From Hydrolagus colliei (lineage: Eukaryota): a stretch of DNA of 64,000 bases. Each line of letters starts with the position of its first letter. Within the stretch, counting starts at the first letter, position 1. Below are positions 50,718-62,474 of this stretch, one piece after another. Under the pieces are notes generated by a model. That model made no database searches, was not told where the DNA came from, and saw nothing but the letters and a program-made list of their open reading frames with translations. The stretch spans positions 9,176,001-9,240,000 of the forward strand of contig CM068748.1 of assembly GCA_035084275.1 (NCBI GenBank), in the 5' to 3' direction. A program made the position numbers and the translations under genes.

Positions 50718-53269
50718 ACGTTCACAACATTTAATGAAAAAAAGGAGCCAATTTGCTGAATTGTCCCAGGTCTTAAAATTGTAGCTTTCATCTACATGCA
50801 AAGCAAATGATGATGTTATCCTATCTCTGATATTTATCTAGGCTTCAAATTGTTCTTGTTGGCTGATGAGACATTGCATCGAGATCACAGTCAGAAGGCA
50901 GATGAATAGAAGAGAATGGTGCTGATACATCACATGAAAGTACTTCATGAAAGTACCCAGAAGAATCACAAGCAGCAGCTCTGTGTGGGAGCCCTATCAT
51001 AGGGAAGAAAGCTTGAAATGCTTATATAATACTACTTTAATATTCCTGTCACATTCCTGTGGCATGTCTCATATTATTAGTATTTTGTTGAAAAATTCCA
51101 GCCAATATTTAGCACACTTAAAGGCCGCTATATAAATGCAAGATGAAGTGTGTGTATGTGTGTATATAAGAAATATCAGGCCTCAGGTGTCACCTTTTTA
51201 AGGAAAGATTTTGGAAGTTGGGCAGGGTTTTTCTTTTGCCTTTTTTATAATGTGCTTCAGAAATTCTCCCATTGTGAGCAAAGCCTTTTGCGGCATCATG
51301 AATAATTGGAGGCTTTTGATCGCAATTCCTAGACCAGAGTATAAAGACAACAGTACTGCATTTCCAAACCATCTGAACTGACTTCCAGCAGTGTGAGCAG
51401 GTAGACTGCACATGCTATACACTCACACCTCAATTAGGAAATCAAACCGAATTCAAAGGTTCTCCAACATACACAGAAAGGAAATTTCATGTGATGATGG
51501 ACGTGAGTTGGAATACATTGGCACAAGATACACCTTGTTCTCAAATCTGCCAAAGGTAATGCGCCAATGTTTTACCACGAGTGGTTCTGCTGCATCCATT
51601 CACATTAACTCACATCTTAAACTGTCTTCTGGACGTAACTTTGCAAAAAGGACTTGAAGTAGCATTCCTGTTGTACCATTTCAACAACCATTTATGCAGT
51701 GAAACATAGTGCATTATTTGAATATGAATCACCTTGGTGGACTTCCTGTTGAGATTGCTGTCTTGTTCCTTAGTTTAAACCATCACTGACACAGAGAAAG
51801 AAAATATAACAACATGGAAATTTATAATATTTAACTTCAGCGCAACTCATGTTTTGGTGCAATTGCAATCGGAGCCATGCTAGTTTTCTGAGATTATTTT
51901 GAAACCAAATAAGAAGCAATTAATTTTTAAGTACAGTACTGTATTGAACTACAGACGTGACATGTGACACAAAACATTTTATAGCACCTTATCATGTCGA
52001 AACATCTCAGGAAACTTTGCAGGGAATTACAGTCAAGTGCAGCAGCTGCTTTTAGTCGGCAAATGTGGCAGCCATTTACACCAGCAAAGTCCCACCAACA
52101 GTTGTAGCGATTCACCGATTGATTAAGAGAAGTGTTGGCCAGAACACCATGAAAAGCTGACAAAGCAGCAATGTAATGGACGGGTCCCTTCTCTTTTCAA
52201 ATTATTAGTGAGGTGAATTTTAACTTTGAAAAACTAGTATTTCAGACAATGATACAACATTCTAAGGCATTTACAATTGAGAAAGTGATGGAAATATTAT
52301 CCCTTCAAACCAGGACCCCTGAGTGAAAAGCCCCAGAATTTCCTCCCCAATATTGTTGCATCTAGTCTCTTGTTTCATTTTATGTTATAAAGCATTTCAA
52401 GATTTAGTCTTATGGAGCAACATTAACACCATATTCTTGTTCCAATTTGGCTCAATTTGGAAACTTCAGTAAAGCTACACTTTACACCCCTTCCTCTTCA
52501 GCACGAGGGTCTTCTTAAGCCTTATTGATGATAATAATAATCCCTGAATTTGATAAAGCACCATATCATGCCGACAAGATGCGCTTCATAGAATATACTG
52601 TAACGTGAATTGACTGTATATTTTGTGGGCAAAACCTGCATTTTTTTTAAGGAATCATTTCTACGGAAAAGCAATCCACCAATCGACTGATAATCGGGCT
52701 CCTATGTAGTCTTTCTCTATCAGAATGAATTCTGCTTGTGGGCTTCCAGTCCACTCCAACCTTCTAAGAGCTTTCACCTGCTTTATTTTGTTTCTTTGAA
52801 ACACACAAACACAAGAAATCAACTGAAATTCACCTTGTGCTGCATCTTGTCCTTTCTCACACCAATCTACAAACTTCATTGTTTAATCACTAGTTTCATT
52901 TTCAGGAGATTTATGTTTTACTTTCACTCAGGTCCAATATCTAACACAGAATGCATTATGTACCACATGCCTGTATAACCAGGCTTTCACTGACAGTATT
53001 TCATAGTATATCAAACTCAGGCTAATTACAACCTTACTAAACATTAGACTCGAGAGATAGAAATGCAACAAATTATATTATGAGATGTTTATTGGAGCAG
53101 TGGGAGATATTAATAGCTGTGCTGGTAAAATGGGTAATTTCATTCTGTTGTAAGAATATTTTTATTTATAGCCTTGAGTTATAGATAGACAAGTACAGGT
53201 AAACAAGTACAGGACTCCAGCCAAAATGTTTTAAAAATATTTTCCAATAATTTACAGCACAGGTTTATG

Positions 53270-53525
53270 ATAGTAGATGTTGATGGAAATCAAAGAGTAT
53301 GGCTTCCATCTTGCTAACATTTCCTCGTAAGACGCTTATGCTCATCCAGGCCTTGATGTCCACTGGACAAGCCGACAGAACATCGGCTGGCCTGGTGTAG
53401 CAGCCCAAGAAGGAGAAGTAGCTTTGTGTGTCATCCCCATACATGTTGAAGTTTACCCCATGTCTGCAGATGACATTGCCAGGAGGGAGCATATAGATGA
53501 GGAAGATGAAGGAGAAAGGATAAAT
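53270..53525 (-). mobile_element. L2 LINE reverse-transcriptase domain fragment
   Basis: The supplied ORF reads FLIYMLPPGNVICRHGVNFNMYGDDTQSY...LSACPVDIKAWM...NVSKMEAILF, corresponding to the L2 RT motif (YMLPLG..I..HG..FH.YADDTQLY ... DIK.WM..N.L.LN..KTE). Confidence 0.92.
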
Positions 53526-53610
53526 TGTTTGAAGAGACAAAATGAAGGTGGTTTGTTAGTTCAGCATTGTAGTCTGCCACAATAGCAATTTGTTGTTGAT
53601 TTTTTTTCAC

Positions 53611-53784
53611 ATAATAATAATAATCCTTGCATTTAATATAGCAGAATATATTGTAAAGTGAATTGACTGTCTATTTGTGGGAGAAACGCAGCAGCCAACC
53701 ACGCTCAGCAGTGTCCCACAAACAGTCGTGAATTGAAATGATCAATTTATTATTGTGTATATTTTTGAGGGATTATTATCAGGC
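53611..53784 (-). mobile_element. tRNA/Deu SINE, 5'-truncated with an internal deletion
   Basis: (TAA)n TCCTTGCATTT...GTAAAGTGAATTGACTG...GTCCCACAAACAGTC. Confidence 0.88.
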
Positions 53785-54981
53785 ATGATCCATATTATGT
53801 AGGTTTAGCGATATGTAGTAGTGGGATGTGGATTGTAAATCACCTACATTGACATTTCACAAATGTGGGTAATCCAGGGCACTTTCCAAACAGGTGGAAA
53901 ATGTAAGGTCACACAGACAGGGAACGCAGCATGACATGAGAAATAAAAGCAAAAGCATCATCTAGGTCCGTTTTGAAAGCCGAAGTTGATGGGAGCCAGG
54001 ACAGACACAACAGACCGTGTGGCCTTTTTCTGAGCTGAAAATTTCTATAGTTCTGGTGCCACTGTACAAGTGGGTGCACTTTGGGTGCTTATTGAATCAA
54101 TGTCTAGAATTGGCAATTTTTTCCATGAGGAACCGGATACTCTACAGGTATGCTGTGATCTAACCACATATCCATACTGCTGGCTAAATGGTTCGATTCA
54201 TATGTTATAATGTGGTTATAAGCTACAGTTCAGGTATCAGTGCATTTTGTCAGCTGTGTATTTTTTGATACTATGCAGCCTGGCTAATGTAATACCTTTC
54301 GCAACCAGTACATGGCGCTCTGGTGTTATTTTTAATGTTGCAAACATTATTGACTCAAATTCTTCCATCACTACACTCAAAGTGGATTTTGTTTTGATAA
54401 TTTATAATAGAGAAGGGCATAGCAATGTGCTGGGCTTCAATTAGTTTGTTTTACAAAGCACGCTGACCTATTTGGATATAAAAATAAAGAACTATCTGTA
54501 ATGTACCATTTTGGAGAAGTCGGAAAACCAAAAATCAGGCTGGAGGGTTTAACTGTGATGTTGACGAGGAATGCCAGAGTCTGCTGCCAGCTTATGATCT
54601 GACGTAAATAAGTTGTCTCTGTTAAAAAGCATATTAGCAAGATAAGTCTGTACAATGTCATTACTGGGCTTGTTACAGGGTGAAATCTTACTGAAGCCTG
54701 CAGTGTTGTGATACAGCTCACTGACATGTTTTAGTGTCTACATACACTAAAACATGGACAAAAATAATCTCAACGCTTTGTTCAATATTGCTCTATGAAT
54801 GATTTACACAAATGCAGAATATTGCAATCTATTAAATTAACGGTTTATACTGTACAATCAATACCTAATCTTAAATACTGCAGTTACAAATATTGCTCAT
54901 GCCACAACACTATTCCTTTAAAGCAGCAAATTCACTGAGGTATGACTGTAATAACAAATACATTTGACTATATTCTATATA

Positions 54982-55090
54982 CAGTCCTACCCAAGAAATA
55001 TGCATGTAATTATATGGTAATTACCATACATGTATGATCCCCTTCAAATTAGAACATTCCACAGCATATCGTTATAAATGGGTAGGACTG
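54982..55090. mobile_element. Tc1/mariner-pogo (Tigger-like) MITE, 109 bp
   Basis: TA|CAGTCCTACCCA ... TGGGTAGGACTG|TA: perfect 12-bp TIRs starting CAGT, with a TA target duplication. Confidence 0.75.
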
Positions 55091-56419
55091 TATAAGTAGG
55101 ACTAAAATAAAGTTTACAAACTCATGCAATTAATGGCTGGTTGGATTGAAAACTGATGCAGCTGCCTCCTGAGGTTCTACAGGAATTTGTTCAGTGTTTC
55201 CCACATGCTCATTTCCCCTAAAGAGGGAATGTGTGCTATTTGTGGAGTGACACACTCCAGAATGGGATCATGTAAATGGATGCACATTCTGCTATTTCAC
55301 TTTCTGTCACTTACTTTAAATTATTATTCATTTCAAGAGGACTTTTTTAATATAAAAACAAAAAAGGTTTCATCATACACAAAAAAAATCTTAAAAGGAA
55401 ACTGATTTTTTATATTCAAAATGGAATTGTGGAAATGTATCTTTCAAATAAGCTAAAAGGGAATCAAGACAATCAATTTAGATTAGCGTCATTCTAATCT
55501 CTGTAGCTTCAAGTAATGCTATAACTCCTCGGCTGACAGGGGATATAAAGTGAAATCTCATTGTTATGACATGTTCTCTGTTACTATAGCCGGAGGAATG
55601 CACATTGCCCAGTGCTTTCCATAACAAAATGTTTTGATTCCAATTGAAAAGGCCTATAAAATGATGCCTAATCAAGGTCATATCTGGACAATTTCTATAA
55701 ATTCTATTTCCTTTCACTATTAAGTAGTCTATAGAACCTATTAATAACAACAGTGCATATATCTGAGTGCCCCGAGATGCCGTCCGGCGTGGAGGTCGCT
55801 TTATAAATCAAAATTGTTGTTCTCTGTGATAATTTGTGATACATTGAGAATACAGCATTGCATGAACAAAGGTTTTGTAGGGTCCACCTGTCCTTCACTG
55901 TCAATGCAGCGCAATGAAGTTGTAATCGCTCAAGGCATCACTCCGCTTCAAGGTGCTCTATAAATGCAAATTATTGTATTACCTAATGATGCATTTGTAT
56001 CATCGAATCACTTAATTTTGATATAATGATGTTAATACTTAACCTTACACAAAAACGGTACATGAAATTTGAGAACCTAGCCAACACTACCAGGAACTGG
56101 AATGTAAGCACCCACGACATCATGTGTTTAAGAGGAACATGATAGAGAATCTTTTGCTAAATATATTCTATTCATAGTTACCACAGGACCTACAATTAAT
56201 CTGTATGTCTATCAATTTCTGTTGTGCAGTCAGTGTGTTCCAGGGCAATTGACACAAATAAATCATATTCCAGTTCCGGAATTGACACCAGGTCAGATAA
56301 TGCTTGGAACAATATTTGATGTTTTGATAGAAGCCATGTCCTTTGCACAATATTTCGAAGGATCTGGTTAGGAAGTGACAAGTCAAAACCACTGGCTCCT
56401 CTGTTCACTTTGAACATAT

Positions 56420-56608
56420 TCATTAAACATATTCAAGACTGAGGTCGATAGTTTTTTTTAAGAGCTAAAGGGATAAACGTCTATGGAGATAGGGCGGGTA
56501 AATGGAATTAGGGTAGACGATCAGCCAACGTCTTATCAAAGATCATGGGGCAGGCTTGAGAAGCTGAATGGCCTTCTCCTGAACCTACTTCTTATGTTCT
56601 TATGTTTT
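56420..56608 (+). mobile_element. CR1 LINE 3' end
   Basis: LNIFKTEVD.F-like ORF2 end, then GGGGCAGGCTTGAGAAGCTGAATGGCCTTCTCCTG and TTCTTATG terminal repeats. Confidence 0.85.
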
Positions 56609-57154
56609 TATATCTAGATTTTAACAGTACGTGTGTGTTTCATGATATCAATGTTTTCTTTCTTTCCAAATCAGTTTCCGATGGAGATAATAATAATTAG
56701 TTAGATCAATAAATCCACATTCTATTTTGCATATTCTAGGTTGTATACACAAAGACCCTTAGTTATAATAATAATGTTTGCATTTGGTTTAAATTTGCTT
56801 ATCATGGCATCTCCAAGCACTTTACTGTCATGTGCAGTGCCTTTGTATTTGTAGTCAAATTTGGTTTGGGGGATTTGGGGGAAAAAGCAGTTTTCCTCCA
56901 GGCAGGAGGAATATAACACAAGTGGCATCAACTATTGGAGTAGTCTTTAGTCAGCGAACACACTGAATTTTTCTATTTCATGACTGTAATCTTTTTATTA
57001 TTCATTAGTAATCAAAAGTTAGATTAATTGGCTTGGAGACCATTCACATTGGATTTTCTAAGGGGACCCAGGCCCTACCTGAGGCTTGAATCAGTATTAT
57101 TTCAAATATTAATTGAGGAATATAATTACCATCTTGGACTTAATAATAATTTTA

Positions 57155-57252
57155 AGAATCCTTACATTTGATATAGTGCTTTTCATGACTTCTAGACGTT
57201 TCAAAACGCTTCACAGAATATACTGTAAAGTGAATTGACTGTACATTTGTTG
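57155..57252 (-). mobile_element. tRNA/Deu SINE 3' fragment
   Basis: AATCCTTACATTTGATATAGTGCTTTTCA...GCTTCACAGAATATACTGTAAAGTGAATTGACTG. Similar fragments at ~7770-7860, 17296-17390, 18935-19035, 40850-40952 and 52530-52635. Confidence 0.85.
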
Positions 57253-59529
57253 ACACATGTGGACACTCATCATGTTGCTTAACTGTATCCAATCCAAGCT
57301 ATGTCCATGTATGCCACTTACACATGGAAATCCCAGAGATAGATTGTTGGAATGGAATGTGCACGCTTTACCTGGAGGTACGCATCCTGCTTACCCATTT
57401 GCCAAAGTTGACAGGTTGCAAGAACCAAGGCTTGGGGACCCCAAAATGTATGTTCGGGTACTAGGAGTCAGAGTCTAGCCAGCCAAAACTACGTAGCTTG
57501 TCATGAATAGAATTGAAGGCATTATGCAGTGAATTCTAAACCACTGAATTGCAACTGTTCAGATTAGAAGTGACTTTGTAGTAGACATTGTACACAAACT
57601 TCAAGGAGATTCCTGGAATTCCCCCCTTTCCATGGGAAATGCTGGCAATCAATTTGGTGCTGCACAAATGCAACCACAGCAGTCTGCCTGCCCACGGTTT
57701 GAACAGTGTACATCCAACGGCTTGGTAACAAACCAGGCCAATCTCACATTGAGAATCTCATCGCAACAACCTGTGTATGCCAACAATTATCGGTATCAAG
57801 AAGAACAGAATTAATGTTGTGGATCATGTTATTGTGATCCAAAGTCACACAGCCATTTGCAAGCATCAACAGCTATTGCATACTGTACACCCAGTTGTCT
57901 TTCCAATAAGTTCTCCATTGCTCTATACATGACAGTATGTCCATAGGTCCATAGCCCTGACCCTCCATCTTCCATCCAAGTACCATTATATTCCCGCATG
58001 CCCAACACAAACCTAACCATTCTATCTTTCTTAACTGTTCAATTTTTAAAAATAAGAACAATAACGATAACGCTTGCATTTGGTTCGGTTCCTTATCGTG
58101 TTATCCAGATGAATCGCAGTGCTTCAGAAAAGACACTGTGAAGTGCTGTGACTGCGGATTGTGTGGGCCAATGCAACACCCAATTTTGCACACAGCGATT
58201 AGGGGGATTGTTGATCAGGACACTGGGAAAAACTCATATAGTGACAAATGTTCTCCAGTTTTTACATTTTATGAAAGATATGTAACCTTTTAAAAGCATT
58301 TAAAAGCTAATGTTTACAACTTTTGAAAAACCTGTGGAATTCTATTCAAATCACATCAACGCTTACTTCAGGCAATTATATAAATGTCTTTCTTTCCCCC
58401 TTCAGCATTTTTGCTGAAAATTATAAATGTTAACCATGGACTCAAATTGGCTTAATTCAAAAAATAAATCTATCTGAAGAATGTGAAGAAATCACTGAAA
58501 GATAATGTTTAGATGGTCAGTTTAGAGCAGTTCAGCAAATGCTCCAATAGAATCCATCAACCTTAATTAGCTTGGACAGAGAATGACTGCATCAGCAAGA
58601 ATGTAGTGGAATGTTTCAAATCTATGAAAGGAGTTAAATGTGCCAATTGCACAAGAAAAAGGGAAGACAGCAATCAGGATACAGCACTGAAACATACTGT
58701 ACCAACAAACCGCATATCCGATGATTTATAATTTGCATTAGCTAACAACCCTGCAGCAATTTGATTTGAAAGCAGCACTAACTTCAAGAAAGTAATTTCT
58801 CCAACACTTTTTTCTGGCCAGTCTCTCGAGTGCCACTCTTCGTAAACTCTGGCTCCCAATTCCCCGTCGATGGGATCCTCTCCAGAACTCGGCTCCACAC
58901 TCCCATTACTCACCACAAATCGCAACCAACCCAAACTGTAAATTATCTTGGTTATCTTCTGCGCAAAACTGCCCTGCTGCAAAACTGTTCAAATAACTGA
59001 ACACCAAGCTATCTCCTGAACTTAATTACATTCAACACTGATTTTAAAATGCTGATTACCTAGGCTCCATGCCAACTAGCACACAAAGCAGCAACCTTAT
59101 ATAAAAAAATCAATAACGTGCTACAATTTGACAAAAGTTATTCCTTTTTCAAAATCCCTTTAGACATCTGCAAACAATGATGATGATATTGAGTTAATTT
59201 CTCATCTCAAATAAGTGAATGAACTTGAATAAATATTAATCTTAACTTAAAACGTAGCTTGTTAGGTCAATCCGTGTTTATTATCTGCACTGAGAACTTG
59301 AACACACTTCCAACATCAAGACGTCAAACCCTAATACTGATTATTGAACATGAATCCCAGTTATAATTCCAGCAATTGCTCATTGCTCAACTGCACGAGG
59401 GGAATTCTAATCCTTTGGGTTGTTTATTACTAAACAAAAATAATACAACCGTATCAAGGTTTACTCTTAGATTCATAGTCTTGAAAATGCTTGTTTACAC
59501 ATCCTGAAATGTGACTGAGATAAACTTAC

Positions 59530-59720
59530 CATTTTTATCAAACTATATTTTCCAAATATTTATACAGTAACTGCATCGCATATCACTTTACTTCCTGCAA
59601 CCTTTTGATCCCTTGCCTTTGAGGTAAGACATCTGCCTTATCATACAGTGCTGATGAGTGACGTGACTTTTTGTGCCAAGTTCACTTACCTGTGGAAGAA
59701 AAAGAAGACAGTTTGAGCAT
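59530..59720 (-). other. ANK3: Recursive splice site (ratchet point) with 160-nt RS-exon (59689->59530) in ANK3 intron
   Basis: Minus strand reads ATGCTCAAACTG-TCTTCTTTTTCTTCC-ACAG|GTAAGTG: a strong acceptor abutting a consensus donor. A second donor, AAAATG|GTAAGTTT, lies at 59530/59529. The exon between them has stops in all three frames. Same strand as ANK3. Confidence 0.75.
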
Positions 59721-60479
59721 CTTAATCACGAATCAATGTAATCACTCTATGTCATGGCAAGGTTAGTCTTGATTGAAAGAGGGATTAATAGAGAATCACC
59801 AATACACATGAGCTAAACAAGTCTTTGGGTTTGTCTTCGTTTGTAATAGCTAAAGCAACTGAATCGATGACAGCTGCATTCAAATTATGTTAAACTAGCA
59901 TTTCTGCAATTTTTTTAAATTAAAAATGTTCCTGTTCAGTGAGACAGCAGCTGTAGCAATTGAAGGTGGCTAGAAATTCATCTTCTAAATCCTCTTTAGG
60001 CTTTTTTCCTGAGGAAGTGCTGATTGACTGTCACTTGCATTACTGGTGATGTCTTGTTTCAGGTCAGTGCAGGGGGAACACTCCTAGGATATTGTCTATA
60101 TCCCAAGTACTGGCATTACCTTACATGGTCTCCAATAGAAGGCAGAAAATCCAAGATCAATTGTCTTCCTATTTGTATCAATTTGTACCACAAACAGTTG
60201 CTTTACATTTATCAAGAACCACAGGAAGCTTATTATGTACTGTATGTAGTTTTGCTCAGGTGGTATTCAAAAGTCCCTTTGAAGTAGTCTGAGACATTAT
60301 GACTAAGCTGCGGTACCCAACATATAGTCCTCTGCTTAGAAAATGTGGACCTTTGTATATACGGACTTCAGAGGCCCATATATCTGCTCACTCACAAACA
60401 TCTGCATGCCAGTAATACTATTAAAGACAGTCTCATTGGCTCTTTATAACACTAAACAATTGAAGAAGGTCCAAAACTA

Positions 60480-60575
60480 AAACCAAAATAGCTGGGAACA
60501 CTCAACAGGTCAGCAACATCTATGGAGAAAGGAAAGTGAATCAAGGTTTCGAGTCCATGACCCTTCAACAGAACT
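60480..60575 (-). mobile_element. Shark-type Penelope-like element terminal-repeat fragment with degenerate hammerhead core
   Basis: GCTGGGAACACTCAACAGGTCAGCAACATCTATGGAGA...GTTTCGAGTCCATGACCCTTCAACAGAACT resembles a common chondrichthyan repeat (from memory). The minus strand reads CTGTTGA-A-GGGTC-ATG-GACTC-GAAAC. Confidence 0.55.
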
Positions 60576-62190
60576 CCAAGATGGTCCTTAAAGATGGTCC
60601 TTGGAATCTCCAAACTGAAAACAATGAATAGACCAGTGTTTTGGCATCATATGACCAATCTGGTCCACATTGTAAGACAAAAAGAAAACAAGTGCAAATT
60701 TATGGTTCATCTGAAAGATTCATTGTTGAAAGAATGCTTTCATGCTGGATTTTCAAATGTGGCTTGTGCATCAGAAATAAACATCATTCAGTGTAAACTT
60801 GAAGCTCTAAAAAGCTGACTACGTAAGGATGGAAGGAGGAAGGCAGGAATACAAATTGTGCAATTCCAAATTGTAATTACAGTATTATGTTCTTACTAAG
60901 AACATTATTCTAATTTCTCTGAAACAAAGTTCTCCCGTAACATTAAATGATAAAAATAGGCACATAAAATACTTTACTTCAGAGAAACAGATTGTATTTA
61001 TCTTACTTTCAATTGTCGCTTATTTGTATGTTGAAATTACTACCGAGCAGTATCCTGCAAGCAGAAAGTTTTCATTGAACAACAACAAAATTACATTTCT
61101 ATAACTTGCCTAATGGGAAGCCATGCCATTCCATCTCCCATTACATTTTAAGTGAATTTAACACAAGCAAATGGAATGTATGGATGCTTCCAACAGCTCC
61201 TTCAACATTAATCTGAGGTGACACGACAATGGAATGTGACAACACATCCATCAGAGATCCTTTATTTCTAATGATTGAAGCACTTCCTGATTGGCCTTTC
61301 AGCTCCCGTTCCTGTGAAAAGACGAGCCGTAATACCTGTAAATAATCATTTTGTTATGGGCAAATGATACTTTGCATTTCCTAGTGAATACTCATAAGTT
61401 CAACAAAAGGTCACATTCACCCAGTGCTACATTGCAATAATTGGCATACGTGCCAAAGTCAGGACAATGATGAAAGAGTTGGGCCATTGTGGTCAGGTAC
61501 TGGGAATAGGCATTAGGTTTTAACACTTGAGAAGGGTTTCTTTCATTACAAATAAAACGGATGCTGAAAACTTCAGGGTTCTTTTTGAAAAGAAAGAAAA
61601 CACTGATGACTGGTGCAGTATAAATCTGTACAGTTTGAGAAAGCAGTCAATTTTCTGTGCTAAATAGAAGGCTGTGTGCGACAGACGATGGTCCTGTAGC
61701 TGAGCTGGCATATATATCCTGCACGAGTGCTGGAATAAATGAAGTCCATTCAAAACAGACTATAAACAGCCCAGAGTCGGAATCACTGAGCAAATCTGAG
61801 GATGAGTTTTAAACTGAGGAGTTTATGGTTTACATTACTTGAAGAATGTGCATGAATTCCAATACTGAGTGCATAGAATTTAGTTTAACTGACTTTTAAG
61901 TTTAAGGATAAAAAGCATCCGTGTGAACAGCTGAAGCTGTTAATGTTTAAAAGGAAGTGTAATAAATAGCATGTTTGGAGTCTCAACGGGGAACAGCCTT
62001 CAGACAAAAATGTTCCCAGTGTTCAAATGGAACGAATTGAATGCAAGAGAACTCTCCACTTGAGCTTCAAATGTTCAATTCTAAACAAAACCCATCATGT
62101 GGTAAAGCTTTTACTGGCAATGCTTTCTCACCATTCAAATGCTGGGCAAGTAGATTAAAAGACCTTAATAAGATTTTATTACTTACGGCT

Positions 62191-62474
62191 AATTTTCCAT
62201 TTGATATAGCACTTTTCACATCTTCTGGGGGTCTCAAAGCGCTTCATAGAATATACTGCAAAGTGAATTGTGGGTGAAATGCGGCAACCAATGGTGCGCA
62301 GCAGTGTCTCACAAACAGTCATGGATTGAAATGACCAATTCATTATTGTTTTTTATGAGGGATTATTCCTTATGTGGAGTAAGGAAACTTGCTCAAGGTT
62401 TTGCCTTACCTGGAATTAAACCCAGGTCTCTCGCTTGTAAGGCGAGTACGCTTATCACTGAACTACAGGACTCC
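62191..62474 (-). mobile_element. Full-length tRNA/Deu SINE
   Basis: Head GGAGTCCTGTAGTTCAGTGATAAGCG...TTACAAGCGAGAGACCTGGGTTTAATTCC, with Deu core and tail present. Confidence 0.92.

Noticed and set aside
51190-51422. Lys-rich minus-strand ORFs ending near AAG|GTGACA, as a possible ANK3 exon 1e
   Set aside because: No similarity to MSEEPKEK...RKRKGKK, the phase-0 frame is closed by TAA, and the donor is weak.
58674-58982. 102-aa minus-strand ORF near the RS site
   Set aside because: TTG start, no homology recognised, no flanking splice signals supporting an exon.
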